Notes under the pieces: model-generated
Told to the model about the DNA's origin: nothing
Seen by the model: only the letters and a program-made list of their open reading frames with translations
Databases searched by the model: none
Part shown: positions 23,127-33,530 of the stretch, one piece after another
Position numbering within the stretch: position 1 is the stretch's first letter
How the letters are laid out: each line of letters starts with the position of its first letter
From: an uncultured Verrucomicrobiae bacterium
GTDB lineage: Bacteria; Verrucomicrobiota; Verrucomicrobiia; Chthoniobacterales; SZAS-18
Assembly (NCBI GenBank): GCA_963762725.1
Contig: CAVXLY010000005.1
Location: 1,220,989-1,284,988 of the forward strand
DNA: 64,000 nt
Direction: 5' to 3'
Translations under genes and position numbers: made by a program

Positions 23127-23249
23127 CCACGACGGCTGCTCGCGCGCGGACAAGCGGCGAGCAATCACCGCGATCAACCCAAAAATGGAGATGTCGTCGG
23201 CACTTTATTTTTATCGCTGGTGGCCGATGGATTCGCCTCACCCATCACC

Positions 23250-23777
23250 ATGCAAATCCTGCGTTCCCTCCTCATCGTGCTCCTCGTCTCGCTCTCCCTG
23301 CTGTCGCCTGCCGGCGCGCGCGCCGCGGATAAAAAGCTGACCGTGGCCGACTACCTGTTGCTCCTGCCGCCCGGGCCTTATTTCTCGGATTCGCCGCGCG
23401 AAATCCTGCGCCGCGTCCGCGAAGGCCAGGGCGTGCTCGACGTGGCCAACGGCTTCATCCAACTCGACGGCTACAACGAGCAGCCGAGCTTGCAGGTCAC
23501 GTTTTTCAACAGCAAAAACGACAGCCCGCTCGTCGCCGTCACCTACGGCGACCTTGGCAGCAGCACCAGCTTCACGCGGCTGGCGTTTTTCGAGCGCGGC
23601 AGCGGTGCCGGGCTGGTGCCGGTCAGTCGCAGCATTTTTCCCGTGGAAGACAATCCGCGCACCCGCTTCTACTCGCTGCCGCGCGAGGGGAAAACCATCA
23701 CCGTGATCAACAACGCCAGCGGTGCGGACGAAAGTCGCTACACCTGGACCGGCGATCGGTTTCGGAAAGATAAATAA
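23250..23777 (+). CDS. secreted hypothetical protein
   Basis: ATG at 23250. Signal peptide MQILRSLLIVLLVSLSLLSPAGARA. No recognised domain. Confidence 0.55.
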   Translation: MQILRSLLIVLLVSLSLLSPAGARAADKKLTVADYLLLLPPGPYFSDSPREILRRVREGQGVLDVANGFIQLDGYNEQPSLQVTFFNSKNDSPLVAVTYGDLGSSTSFTRLAFFERGSGAGLVPVSRSIFPVEDNPRTRFYSLPREGKTITVINNASGADESRYTWTGDRFRKDK

Positions 23778-23831
23778 CCCGCAGAGCCGCCGCGCTTCCC
23801 GGCGAAAGTCGGGCGGGCGGCCGCGGCGCGA

Positions 23832-24299
23832 TCAGGGCTTCCGTGGGACGACCACGGTGTTCTGATCCTGCATGATCAGCCAGCGCTGCTCCCGCCGCAC
23901 GAGCACGAAGGTGCGGAGATGCTGCTCGTTGCGATGCACGACGCCGTCCGGCGTCATGAAGGGGCTCACCCGGCTGGTGACAGTGACGATCGCGACGTCC
24001 GGGCTGGCGAAGCGCACGGTCATCTCCTCGACCGTATCGGAGACGCCTTTCAAAAAGGTCTGGTGCACCGCCTCCAGTTCCAGGAGCACGGCGGCGCGTC
24101 CGCGCGTCCAGCCGCCGCCGGGATTGATGTGATTCCAATCCTCGGTCGTGAACTCCGCGGCGCGCGACCACCCGTGCGAATTGAAGCTGGCGTAGAACGC
24201 CTGCACCACGTCGCGGACCTGTCGCTCGTCCCCGACGGGCTCCGCGCACACCCTGCCGGCCAGCAGCAAACCAAACCAGACGGCAAGGGCGATTTTCAT
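23832..24299 (-). CDS. SnoaL-like / DUF4440-type small secreted protein
   Basis: ATG at 24299 (MKIALAVWFGLLLAGRVCA signal). VRDVVQAFYASFNSH...WRLIMQDQNT is the NTF2-like SgcJ/EcaC-type pattern as I remember it. Confidence 0.6.
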   Translation of the reverse strand: MKIALAVWFGLLLAGRVCAEPVGDERQVRDVVQAFYASFNSHGWSRAAEFTTEDWNHINPGGGWTRGRAAVLLELEAVHQTFLKGVSDTVEEMTVRFASPDVAIVTVTSRVSPFMTPDGVVHRNEQHLRTFVLVRREQRWLIMQDQNTVVVPRKP

Positions 24300-24459
24300 C
24301 GTTTCGGTGAAACCCGGGGCCACCCTTGGCCGCGCAGCGTGGAGCCCGCCTCGACGCGGCGGCAAGAAAAGGGGCGGTGGTTCGAGCAGAACCCACCGCC
24401 CCTCGGGAAGCGAGAGCGAAGATTGCCGCGAACGGGCGGCAGCGCCGGCGCGCCGGGCC

Positions 24460-25617
24460 TCAGGTCACCTTTTCCTGCTTGTCCGGAAAGCCGTGCTGAC
24501 CGCGGCCTTCCTCGGCTTCAAATTCGGCGGTCGTCTTGTAAAGCTCGTAGCGGCCGTCGGACGCCACGTTGTCGGCGAATTTCTGACGCAGCGCGACCAT
24601 GGCGGTCGTGTCGAACCGTTTGAAGTCCCGCGCGAGGGCGAGGTTCTTGCGGAAGATGTCGAGCGAATCAATGCCGGACACCGTGGTGACCACCGGCAGG
24701 CTCATGGCGTAGGCGATCGCTTCCTCGGCGGTGACCACCTTGTCCTTCACCGCGCGGGCGTTGCCGTTCAGGCTTTTCATGCCGATCGGCATAATGCCGC
24801 GCCGGCTCAGCTCGGGCAGCACACGCTGCTCGAAGGAATGAAAGCTGGCGTCGAAGACATTCAGCGGCAGCTGGCAGGCATCGAAGGGATAATCGTAAGC
24901 CAGCATTGCCATGTGGATCGCCGGATCCTTGTGGCCGGTGAACCCGACGAAGCGCACCTTGCCCTGCTCCTTCGCTTTCGTGAGCGCTTCGATGACGCCG
25001 CCTTTCATGAAATGCCGCTCGGGATCGTTCCAATACGCGCACTCGTGGACCTGCCAGAGATCGAGGTGATCGGTCTTCAGGCGCTTGAGCGACTCTTCGA
25101 GCTGCTGCATGCCGACCTTCGCGTCGCGGCCGTGCGTGCAGACCTTTGTCATGAGAAACGCCTTCTCGCGCCGGCCGCCGGCCGCGAGCGCCTTGCCCAT
25201 GCGCTCCTCGCTGACGTGCTTGTTATACTCCCAGGCGTTGTCCATGAAGTTGATGCCGCTGTCGATGGCCTCCTGGACAATGCGGATGGCGTCCTGCTCG
25301 GACACGTTGTCGCCACCGATGGAAAACCCGCCGATGCCGAGCACGCTCACCCAGTCGTCGCCCTTGCCGAAGCGCCGCTGCGGCACCTGGCCGGGCTTGT
25401 GGCGCTCTTCGAGCTGCGGCAGCGTTTGCGCCACCTTCGCCTCTCCGGCGGGAACCGGGTAGCCTTCGCGATCGCGCGATTGGCCGACAGGCGTGTCCGT
25501 CGCCGCCAGCGCGGCGGCGCTGCTGGCGAGCGTGGCCCCGGCGCAGGCGAGACCGGTGCGGCGAAAGAACGTGCGGCGATCCACGCCTGCGGAAGGGGAC
25601 GGAGAATCTTGGCTCAT
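24460..25617 (-). CDS. aldo/keto reductase with twin-arginine (Tat) signal peptide
   Basis: N-terminus ...VDRRTFFRRTGLACAGATLASSAAALA is Tat-like. Aldo/keto reductase body (GINFMDNAWEYNKHVSEERMGKAL...DHLDLWQVHE...). Confidence 0.85.
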   Translation of the reverse strand: MSQDSPSPSAGVDRRTFFRRTGLACAGATLASSAAALAATDTPVGQSRDREGYPVPAGEAKVAQTLPQLEERHKPGQVPQRRFGKGDDWVSVLGIGGFSIGGDNVSEQDAIRIVQEAIDSGINFMDNAWEYNKHVSEERMGKALAAGGRREKAFLMTKVCTHGRDAKVGMQQLEESLKRLKTDHLDLWQVHECAYWNDPERHFMKGGVIEALTKAKEQGKVRFVGFTGHKDPAIHMAMLAYDYPFDACQLPLNVFDASFHSFEQRVLPELSRRGIMPIGMKSLNGNARAVKDKVVTAEEAIAYAMSLPVVTTVSGIDSLDIFRKNLALARDFKRFDTTAMVALRQKFADNVASDGRYELYKTTAEFEAEEGRGQHGFPDKQEKVT

Positions 25618-25653
25618 AGAAATAAATTCGCGGCGCCGGGGGTTTGGAGATGC

Positions 25654-25828
25654 AAAAAATCCTCGCGCAGAGGCGCAGAGCCACAGAGGGCGGGATGCAG
25701 CGGACCGGCCGATCCGTCAGTCGCGGCGCCGCGCCCCTGGCCGCCCGGCGCCGCTGAAATTCCTCACGCCTCCTCCTTCGCCTTTCCCTTCTTCCTCTGC
25801 GTCTCTGCGCCTCGGCGTGAGGATTTTT
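25654..25828. repeat. imperfect inverted repeat element (35-nt arms, about 100-nt spacer), purine-rich left arm and pyrimidine-rich right arm
   Basis: Left arm 25655-25689 is aaaaatcctcGcgcAgaggcgcagagCcAcagagg. The reverse complement of 25794-25828 is aaaaatcctcAcgcCgaggcgcagagAcGcagagg (4 mismatches in 35). The right arm lies inside the 3' end of the endonuclease III-like ORF. Confidence 0.7.
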
Positions 25829-26627
25829 CAGTCCCCGCCGCCCCTTGCGCCTGCCCGGTCGGGCCTTGCGCCTGCCCGGTCGGGCAAAGGTCGAGCAAGG
25901 TGCAGCGCTCGCACTCCGGCCGGCGAAAAAAGCAGCAGCGCTGGCCGTGGAACATGAGCAACTCGTGATTATCAAAGACCGCCTGTGCGTCCCACTCGGC
26001 CGGTAGCATGGCTTCGAGCACCGCGTGAGCCGGGCCGACGTCGAGCGACAGCGGGATGAGCCCGAGCCGCTGGGCGACGCGGTGATGGTGGCTGTCCACC
26101 GGCAGCGCGCGCATTCGCAGCCGGCTGAAGCTGAGCACGGCGGCGCTCGTCTTCGGGCCGACGCCCGGCATCTTGTCCTGCAGCCACGTGCGGGCCGCGG
26201 CGGGCGTCATCTCTCCCAGGAAATCGAGCGACAGATCGCCGTCCCGCCGCGCGGTGATGCGGCGCAGGAGATCCTGGATGCGCGGCGCTTTTTGCTCCGG
26301 CCAGTTTGCCGCGCGGATGGCGTCCTCGACCTCGGTGGTCGGCGCGTCGCGCACCGCGGTCCAGCCGTCGGGAAAGCGCCGCCGCAGTTCGGCAAAAGCC
26401 GCGCCGCTTTCCCGGTTGCGGGTGCGGTGGCTGAGCAGCGCGGAGATCAGCTCGCTGAGCGGATCCAGCTCGCCCCAATGCGCCACCGGGCAGCCGTATT
26501 CCCGGCACAGCCGGGCATGGACTTCCAGCAGCTTCTCGCGTTTCGCCGCGTCGGCGTTCCCGTCGGCCGCAGGCGGAGCCGGTGGCGTCGGCAGCGAAAA
26601 AAGATCGATCTGGTCGCTCGGACTCAT
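25764..26627 (-). CDS. endonuclease III-like HhH-GPD base-excision DNA glycosylase
   Basis: HhH-GPD core (VGPKTSAAVLSF...LPVDSHHHRVAQRLGL) and a C-terminal 4-Cys cluster CCFFRRPECERCTLLDLC. The last ~40 aa are encoded by the tandem duplication and by the right arm of the inverted repeat (RRGAETQRKKGKAKEEA), so the true C-terminus is uncertain. Confidence 0.8.
   Translation of the reverse strand: MSPSDQIDLFSLPTPPAPPAADGNADAAKREKLLEVHARLCREYGCPVAHWGELDPLSELISALLSHRTRNRESGAAFAELRRRFPDGWTAVRDAPTTEVEDAIRAANWPEQKAPRIQDLLRRITARRDGDLSLDFLGEMTPAAARTWLQDKMPGVGPKTSAAVLSFSRLRMRALPVDSHHHRVAQRLGLIPLSLDVGPAHAVLEAMLPAEWDAQAVFDNHELLMFHGQRCCFFRRPECERCTLLDLCPTGQAQGPTGQAQGAAGTEKSSRRGAETQRKKGKAKEEA
25843..25884. 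repeat. perfect 21-bp tandem duplication (x2), in frame within the endonuclease III-like gene
   Basis: The unit ccttgcgcctgcccggtcggg occurs at 25843-25863 and again at 25864-25884. It encodes PTGQAQG twice immediately after the last Fe-S cysteine. Confidence 0.9.
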
Positions 26628-26688
26628 CCTCCCCGCCTGAATCGCGTCGCAAGCGGTTTCGGGGCGCGTCCGGCCAGATCCGTCGTCT

Positions 26689-27729
26689 TCAAGCGTGCGT
26701 CGGCACCGCGGGCGGCGGGAGCTTGTCGAGGCTGCGGCGCACCAGGTCGCCCATGGTGTGGCAGTCGAGAAACGTCGGGTCTTTGTAGTGACTCGACAGG
26801 CCTTCGCGCAGCTGGATCACCTTTTCCGTAGGTGCCAGTTGTTCGGCGCACATGGCATCAAGCAAATGGTCGAGCCGCTCGCGCTCGATCTTTACGCGCA
26901 ACGCAATGAGCGCCCGCTCCTCGGCCTGATACTGGCGCATGGACTGCACGTCCATGTGCTTTTTGCCGAAGGCGATGAGCGCGTTGTTTTCCGTGAAATA
27001 TTGCGGGCGATAGAACGTGACGCGTCCGTCGTAGCTCTGTTGGTCGAAGTCCATCGCGCGGATGCGGTATTGGACTTCCTCGAAGTCCGGCGTGGCATCG
27101 ACGACGAAATTGTAAGAGCGCATGTCGCCGAGCAGCCGGATAAAGCAGCGCTCGTTGAACTTCACAAATTCCTTGGCAATGCGCACCCCCTTGAAACCGG
27201 GATCGTTGAGGTGCTCGGCGATAAACGCGTCGCCCGGAATGCCGACGATGTGCTCCTCGATCAGCGTGTCTTTCCAGACGAAAAAGTGCATCCGGTTCGG
27301 CGACAGCAGGTGCTCCAGCTCGAGGCCGTAAATGCGCGAGGCGTCGGCTTTCTTGAGATAAAAATAGTCCTGATTGTCATTGAGCGCATTGACGATGCGG
27401 ATGCGGAACGGCTGCGAATTGCCGAACTCGCAGAAGTCGATGCGACTGACCCGGAGATGTTCCATCACCGAGATGTCGCCGCTGGCTTTGAGCAGCGCGT
27501 AAATCTTGCGCAGCCCGGCGGAAAGCTCCGGCAGATCGGTGGGCGAGTAGGTGACCGAGCGCCAGTGCGTGTCGTTGCCGCGCGCGTCGTAAAGCGGGAA
27601 GTCTTCGCGCCAGCCGCTGAGCAGTTCGTAATCGACCGGCAGATCGATCGCGCGAGAGTAAGCGTCTAGGTATTCCCGCAACGGCGCCTGCACCGGGTAG
27701 GGGATTTTCTTGCGGGAAGGAGGAACCAT
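26689..27729 (-). CDS. conserved hypothetical protein with PI3/PI4-kinase-like catalytic-loop motifs
   Basis: ATG at 27729 preferred over the upstream start at 27828. Composition is good for a coding region. LLGDMRSYNFVVD followed about 16 aa later by AMDFD resembles GDRHxxN...IDFG. No other motif recognised. Confidence 0.5.
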   Translation of the reverse strand: MVPPSRKKIPYPVQAPLREYLDAYSRAIDLPVDYELLSGWREDFPLYDARGNDTHWRSVTYSPTDLPELSAGLRKIYALLKASGDISVMEHLRVSRIDFCEFGNSQPFRIRIVNALNDNQDYFYLKKADASRIYGLELEHLLSPNRMHFFVWKDTLIEEHIVGIPGDAFIAEHLNDPGFKGVRIAKEFVKFNERCFIRLLGDMRSYNFVVDATPDFEEVQYRIRAMDFDQQSYDGRVTFYRPQYFTENNALIAFGKKHMDVQSMRQYQAEERALIALRVKIERERLDHLLDAMCAEQLAPTEKVIQLREGLSSHYKDPTFLDCHTMGDLVRRSLDKLPPPAVPTHA

Positions 27730-28045
27730 GCGGCGAGAGATGGGCGAGAAAACGGGCAGGGTGTTTCTTCGGTAAAAAACAACCACCGGGCCGCGGGCAA
27801 ATAGAGCGGGTTTTTCCAGATTGTGCAAAACCAGCCATTTTCATCGCCGCCTGCCGACCGCGCGCGCAAGCGACTGTGATTTAGATAAAAGGGCGAAGGA
27901 TTGAGAGACGCGCGGCCCGGGTTTCGCAGCCCGGCTGAACACCTCTTCGCGAGGCCGCTGGCATACGCTCTGCTAAAGGGCGGACTTCCCTCGTCGTGAT
28001 CTCAATTCTGAGAGCCCGGCGCGACGTATTTGGCTTCGTTTTTTC

Positions 28046-29452
28046 ATGACCGCCGCCCTTTCTCCCGAAAACTTTCCTGCTCCGGTTCGCGCAAAATTTC
28101 CCCGTCCCCAAATCCTTTTCCGCGCGGTGTGGGCCGTCATCGCGGTCTGCGTGATCGCCGGCTTTTCGGGCTCGGCGGGGACGGCGGCGGAAGCGTTGAA
28201 AGTCGAGAAGCCGGAGCTGAAACTCGGCTTCATCAAGCTGACCGATTGCGCGCCGCTCGTCATCGCGAAGGAGAACGGCTATTTCGAGGACGAAGGATTG
28301 TTCGTCACGCTCGAAGCGCAGGCGAACTGGAAGGTGCTGCTCGACCGCGTGATCAGCGGCGAGCTCGACGGCTCGCACATGCTCGCCGGCCAGCCCATCG
28401 GCGCGACGATCGGAATCGGCACAAAGGCGCCAGTCATCACGGCCTACAGCATGGATCTTAACGGCAACGGCATCACGGTTTCCAACGAGATCTGGAAGGA
28501 GATGCAGGCCGGTGATCCGAAGCTGGCCCAGCCGAAGCCGCCGCACCCGATCTCGGCCGAGGCGCTCCTGCCGAGCGTGAAGGAATACAAGGACGCCGGC
28601 ACGCCGTTGAAGTTCGGCATGGTGTTCCCGGTTTCCACGCATAACTACTACCTGCGCTACTGGCTGGCGGCGGCCGGCATCTCGCCCGGCTACTACACAG
28701 GCGGCGACACCACGGGCACCAAGGACGCCGATGTGCTGCTCTCCGTGACCCCGCCGCCGCAGATGCCGGCGACGCTCGCGCAAGGCACCATTCAGGGCTA
28801 CTGCGTCGGCGAGCCGTGGAATCAGGCGGCCGTGTTTAAGGGCATCGGCGTGCCGGTCATCACGGACCTGGAGATCTGGAAAAATAATCCCGAGAAAGTC
28901 TTCGGCGTCACGGCGGATTGGGAGAAGAAAAATCCCAACACGCACCTCGCTGTCGTCAAGGCGCTCATCCGCGCCGGCAAGTGGCTGGACGAGAGTGTCG
29001 AGAACCGCAAAAAGGCCTGCGAAATCCTCGCGAAACCGGAATACGTCGGCGCCGACGTGCAGGTCATCGCCAACAGCATGACCGGCACCTTTGAATACGC
29101 GAAGGGCGACAAGCGCGAGCTGCCGGATTTCAACGTCTTCTTCCGCTACTACGCGACCTATCCCTTCTACAGCGACTGCATTTGGTTTCTGACCCAGATG
29201 CGCCGATGGGGTCAGATCCCCGAGGCAAAGCCGGACTCCTGGTATCTGCAGGTCGCGAAGGACGTTTACAAGCCGGAGATCTACCTGAAAGCGGCAAAGC
29301 TGCTGGTAGCCGACGGCAAGCTCAAACCCGACGAAGTGCCGAACACAGACGGCTACAAGCCGGCGAACGCAGACTTCATCGACAAGGTCAGCTACGACGG
29401 CCGCCAGCCCAACGCCTACCTCAAGTCGCTGAAGATTGGCTTGAAGGATTAA
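28046..29452 (+). CDS. nrtA: nitrate/nitrite ABC transporter substrate-binding protein
   Basis: N-terminal anchor, then the NrtA/CmpA-type block [28 protein letters not shown]...[15 protein letters not shown]. First gene of the nrtABCD order. Confidence 0.88.
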   Translation: MTAALSPENFPAPVRAKFPRPQILFRAVWAVIAVCVIAGFSGSAGTAAEALKVEKPELKLGFIKLTDCAPLVIAKENGYFEDEGLFVTLEAQANWKVLLDRVISGELDGSHMLAGQPIGATIGIGTKAPVITAYSMDLNGNGITVSNEIWKEMQAGDPKLAQPKPPHPISAEALLPSVKEYKDAGTPLKFGMVFPVSTHNYYLRYWLAAAGISPGYYTGGDTTGTKDADVLLSVTPPPQMPATLAQGTIQGYCVGEPWNQAAVFKGIGVPVITDLEIWKNNPEKVFGVTADWEKKNPNTHLAVVKALIRAGKWLDESVENRKKACEILAKPEYVGADVQVIANSMTGTFEYAKGDKRELPDFNVFFRYYATYPFYSDCIWFLTQMRRWGQIPEAKPDSWYLQVAKDVYKPEIYLKAAKLLVADGKLKPDEVPNTDGYKPANADFIDKVSYDGRQPNAYLKSLKIGLKD

Positions 29453-29479
29453 CCGAGTCGCCACTCCCGACGCCCACCC

Positions 29480-30583
29480 ATGAGCCTCGAAACCCTCGAA
29501 GAAGCCCCGTCGGCTGCCAGCAGCACCACCGCTGCCGCTTCGCCTGCCGCGCCTGCCGTCGTCCCGCCGAAGAGCGTCGCGCCCGCCACGGTGCCGGCCG
29601 CACCCGTCGCCGCCCCGCCGGCCGCGTCGCGCGGTGCACGGCTGCTCAAGCGCCTGCAACCGCTCGGCTCCCGGCTCGCCACGCCGCTCGTGGCGTTTGT
29701 CGTTTTTCTGCTCGCATGGTCGCTCGTCGCCGCAAACGTCAAGGTCAGCTTCGGCGCGATCCCCGGACCCGTGGCGGTGTGGCACCAAGCCGGCGAACTC
29801 TGGAAGGCGCACCGCGCCGAGCGCGCGAAGGCGCAGGACTTTTACAAAGAGCAGGGACAGAAAAAAGCGGCCTATCTGCAGAAGTTTCCCGACCGCACCT
29901 ATCCCGACCGGAAATTCGCCGGTTCGCCGACGTATCTCGACCAGATCTTCACCAGCTTGAAGACGGTGTTTGCCGGCTTCCTCATTGCGTCGCTCATCGC
30001 GGTGCCGGTCGGCATTCTTTGCGGCTCCAGCGCGTTGTTTTACAACGCCATCAATCCGTTCATCCAGATCTTCAAACCGGTCTCGCCGCTGGCCTGGCTG
30101 CCGATCGTGATGATCTTGGTCAGCGCGCTCTACAATCCGGCGCACCCGTGGTTTGAAAAGGCGTTTCTGTCGTCGGCGATCACCGTTTCGCTCTGCTGCA
30201 TGTGGCCGACGCTGATCAACACCGCGCTCGGCGTGGCGTCCATCGACAAGGATTACCTCAACGTCGCCCGCGTGCTGAAGCTGCACTGGTGGACGCGCAT
30301 CTACCGCATCATCATCCCTTCCGCGCTGCCCTACATTTTCACCGGTCTGCGGCTCTCGCTCGGCGTCGGCTGGATGGTGCTCATCGCCGCCGAGATGCTC
30401 GCGCAAAATCCGGGTCTGGGCAAGTTCGTCTGGGACATGTTCCAGAACGGCAGCAGCGAGACGCTGGCGAAGATCATGGTCGCCGTTTTCACCATCGGTG
30501 GACTCGGGTTTCTGCTCGATCAGGTCATGCTCTTTCTGCAACGCGCGGTCAGCTACAACCGCGGCGGCCGCGCCAGCACCTGA
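29480..30583 (+). CDS. nrtB: nitrate ABC transporter permease
   Basis: BPD-transporter permease with NrtB-type blocks ([71 protein letters not shown]). N-terminal extension is Ala/Pro-rich. Confidence 0.9.
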   Translation: MSLETLEEAPSAASSTTAAASPAAPAVVPPKSVAPATVPAAPVAAPPAASRGARLLKRLQPLGSRLATPLVAFVVFLLAWSLVAANVKVSFGAIPGPVAVWHQAGELWKAHRAERAKAQDFYKEQGQKKAAYLQKFPDRTYPDRKFAGSPTYLDQIFTSLKTVFAGFLIASLIAVPVGILCGSSALFYNAINPFIQIFKPVSPLAWLPIVMILVSALYNPAHPWFEKAFLSSAITVSLCCMWPTLINTALGVASIDKDYLNVARVLKLHWWTRIYRIIIPSALPYIFTGLRLSLGVGWMVLIAAEMLAQNPGLGKFVWDMFQNGSSETLAKIMVAVFTIGGLGFLLDQVMLFLQRAVSYNRGGRAST

Positions 30584-30622
30584 GCGGGAAGCCGGGAACA
30601 GGGGAAATCAGGGGTTGCCGCC

Positions 30623-32663
30623 ATGTCTTACATCCGGATCGAAAACGTCAGCAAGCGTTTCCGCCGCCAGGACGGCTCGACGTTTGAGGCGCTAGCCGAC
30701 GTGGACCTCGCGGTCGCCGAGGGCGAGTTCGTTTCGATCATCGGCCATTCCGGCTGCGGCAAATCCACGCTGCTAAACATGGTCGGCGGCTTCTACCTTT
30801 GCGACGGCGGGCAGATCCTGGTCAACGACTCACCCGTCACCGGTCCGGGGCCGGATCGGATGTTCGTTTTTCAGAATCATTCGCTGCTGCCGTGGTTGAC
30901 CGTGCGGGAAAATATCCGCCTAGCCGTGGACGCCGTTTTCAAGAAAACGCTCTCGTCCGCGGACAAGGCGGCGCTGGTCGAGGATCACGTCAAAATGGTC
31001 AGCCTCGGCCACGCGGCGGAGAAGCTGCCGGGCGAGATTTCCGGCGGCATGAAACAGCGGGTCGGCATCGCCCGCGCGTTGGCGACGAAGCCGAAAGTGC
31101 TGTTGCTCGACGAGCCCTTCGGCGCGCTCGATGCCCTCACCCGCGGCCGGCTCCAGGAGCAGGTGCTCGAAATTTGGGAGGCGCACCGCATCACCGTCGT
31201 GATGGTGACGCACGACGTGGAGGAAGCGCTGCTGCTTTCCGACCGCATCGTCATGATGGCCAATGGCCCGGCCGCGCGCGTCGGCGACATCCTCACCGTC
31301 GAGCTGCCGCGCCCCCGCACCCGCGCCGAGGCGATCAACAACCCGAACTATTACCGCCAGCGCAACGAGCTGCTCTACTTTCTCAACAAGCACAAAAAAG
31401 CGAAGACGCCGCCCGCCGCCACAGAGCCCGTCGCCGCGCGCGCCCGGGCCGTCGCCGCCGTGCCGAATCCGGCCGGGCTGGAAAAGCCGCAGGTCACGCT
31501 CGGATTCATCCCGCTCTCGGACTGCGCGCCGCTCGTGGTCGCCAGGGAAAAAGGCTTCTTCGAAAAGCACGGGCTCACCGCGACGCTCTCCCGCGAGCCG
31601 AGCTGGAAAGCCGTGCAGGACGGCGTCGCCGAAGCTCGGCTCGATCTCGCGATGATGGTCACCGGCATGCCGCTGGGCAAGACGCTCGGCGCGCACAAAT
31701 CGCAGCCGCTGCCGCTTGTCGCCAGCATGACGCTGAGCCGCAACGGCAACGCCATCACGCTCGCGCGGAAATTTTACGACGCCGGGGTGCGGGACGGCGC
31801 CGGCCTGCGCGACTTACGTCATCGCGCATCGCGCCGACGGCCACCGCAAACCGGTCTTCGGCACAGTCTTCCCGTCGTCCATGCACAACCTGCTGCTGCG
31901 GCACTGGCTGGGCGCGCACGGCATCCGGCCGGATGAAGACGTGGAGATCATCGTCGTGCCGCCGGCCCAGATGGTGGCAAACCTGCGCGCCGGCAATCTG
32001 GACGGCTACTGCGTCGGCGAGCCGTGGAACTCGCGCGCCGTGCACGACGACCTCGGCTTTGTCGTCGCCACGGACCTGGACATTTATCCCGGCCACCCGG
32101 AAAAGATGCTCGGCACGACCCAGGCGTGGGCAGCCGAGAATCCGCGGACTCACCTCGCCGTCGTCAAGGCGCTGCTCGAAGCCTGCCGCTGGTGCGATGA
32201 GCCAGCCAACCGGCCGGAACTCATCGCGCTGGTTTCGCGCAAGGCCTACGTCAACGCCGACCCGGCCTACAGCGCCTTCGGCCTGAGCGGTTCATATAAT
32301 TACGGGTTCGGACGCAGCGCGCCGACGCCCGATTTCAACGTCTTCCACCGCCACGATGCCAACGCTCCGAATCGCAGCGAAGCGTTCTGGACGCTCGCGC
32401 AGATGGCGCGCTGGAACCTGCTGGCGATGCCGGCGGATCCGGCCGGCGTCGTCGCCCAGGTGTATCCCGGCGACGTTTACCGCCAGGCCTGCCAGGAGCT
32501 GGGCCTGCCCGTCGCCGCCACGCTGGACAGCCTCCACCCGATCACGCTTCCGGACGGCACCTTTTTCGACCCCGCCGAGCTCGCGACGACGCCGAGCTGG
32601 CCGCCGGTTTCCGCCGGCTCACCCGCGCTCTCCCGCGACGTCGCCACCGCCGCCCTCGCCTGA
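30623..32663 (+). pseudogene. nrtC: nitrate ABC transporter ATPase with C-terminal NrtA-like domain (frame disrupted as sequenced near 31814)
   Basis: Walker A GHSGCGKST, signature LSGGMKQR-type (ISGGMKQR), Walker B LLLDEPFGALD. A second NrtA-like domain follows (VTLGFIPLSDCAPLVVAREKGFFEKHGL). The reading continues in +1 (track ORF 31881..32663) if one T of TT 31814-31815 is removed (LRDYVIAHRADGHRKPVFGTVFPSSMHNL). Length is 2041 nt, which is 3n+1. Confidence 0.85.
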
Positions 32664-32687
32664 GTCCTGCCGTCGCCCACCGAAGCC

Positions 32688-33491
32688 ATGCGCGCCTTTC
32701 TCGAACTCAGCGGCATCACGATGAACTTTCCGAGCCGCGACGGCAGCGCGCCGGCCTGCATTTTGCAGGACGTCAACCTGCGCGTCGCCGAGGGCGAGTT
32801 CGTCGTGCTCCTGGGTCATTCCGGGTGCGGGAAATCGACGCTGCTGAACATGGTCAGCGGTCTCAGCCAGCCCAGCCTCGGGGGCGTCATTCTCGAAGGC
32901 CGGGAAGTCACCGAGCCGGGGCCGGACCGGATGATGGTGTTCCAGAATTACTGCCTGCTGCCATGGCTGACGGTGCAGCAAAACGTCGCGCTCGCCGTCA
33001 AGGCCGCGCTGCCGAAACTGAAGGCGGGCGAGCGCGAGAAAATCACGCGCGAGCACGTCGAGATGGTCGGCCTCGCGCACGCGACCGACAAGCTGCCCGG
33101 CGAGTTGAGCGGCGGCATGAAACAGCGCGTCGCCATCGCCCGCGCGCTCGCCATCCGGCCAAAAGTCCTCCTGCTCGACGAGCCTTTCGGCGCGCTGGAT
33201 GCGCTGACCCGCGAGGAGATGCAGGACGAGCTGCTCAAGATCTGGGAATCCCACCGCACCACGGTGCTGATGATCACTCACGACATCGACGAAGCCATCC
33301 TGCTCGCCGATCGCATCGTCATGCTCACGAACGGCCCCGCCGCCACGATCGGCGAGATTTTCGACGTCCCGTTCCCGCGGCCGCGCTCGCGCACCGAGAT
33401 CGCGGAAGACCCGTTTTACTACAACCTGCGCAACAACATCCTCAGCTTTCTCTACGAACGCTTCGGCCACCCCGTGCTGGCCGATGCCTGA
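32688..33491 (+). CDS. nrtD: nitrate ABC transporter ATP-binding protein
   Basis: Walker A GHSGCGKST, LSGGMKQRVAIARAL, LLLDEPFGALD. 267 aa, paralogous to the nrtC N-terminal half. Confidence 0.9.
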   Translation: MRAFLELSGITMNFPSRDGSAPACILQDVNLRVAEGEFVVLLGHSGCGKSTLLNMVSGLSQPSLGGVILEGREVTEPGPDRMMVFQNYCLLPWLTVQQNVALAVKAALPKLKAGEREKITREHVEMVGLAHATDKLPGELSGGMKQRVAIARALAIRPKVLLLDEPFGALDALTREEMQDELLKIWESHRTTVLMITHDIDEAILLADRIVMLTNGPAATIGEIFDVPFPRPRSRTEIAEDPFYYNLRNNILSFLYERFGHPVLADA

Positions 33492-33530
33492 GCCGATGGA
33501 GGTCGCGCAAATCCTTTTCGTTTCGCCCCG

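Noticed and set aside
27881-30541. 886-aa ORF on the minus strand, the longest of several very long ORFs in the track
   Set aside because: It is antisense to nrtA/nrtB, which have clear family motifs. The product is Arg/Gly/Ala/Pro/His-rich with no motif. This is a typical stop-codon-poor shadow ORF of GC-rich DNA.
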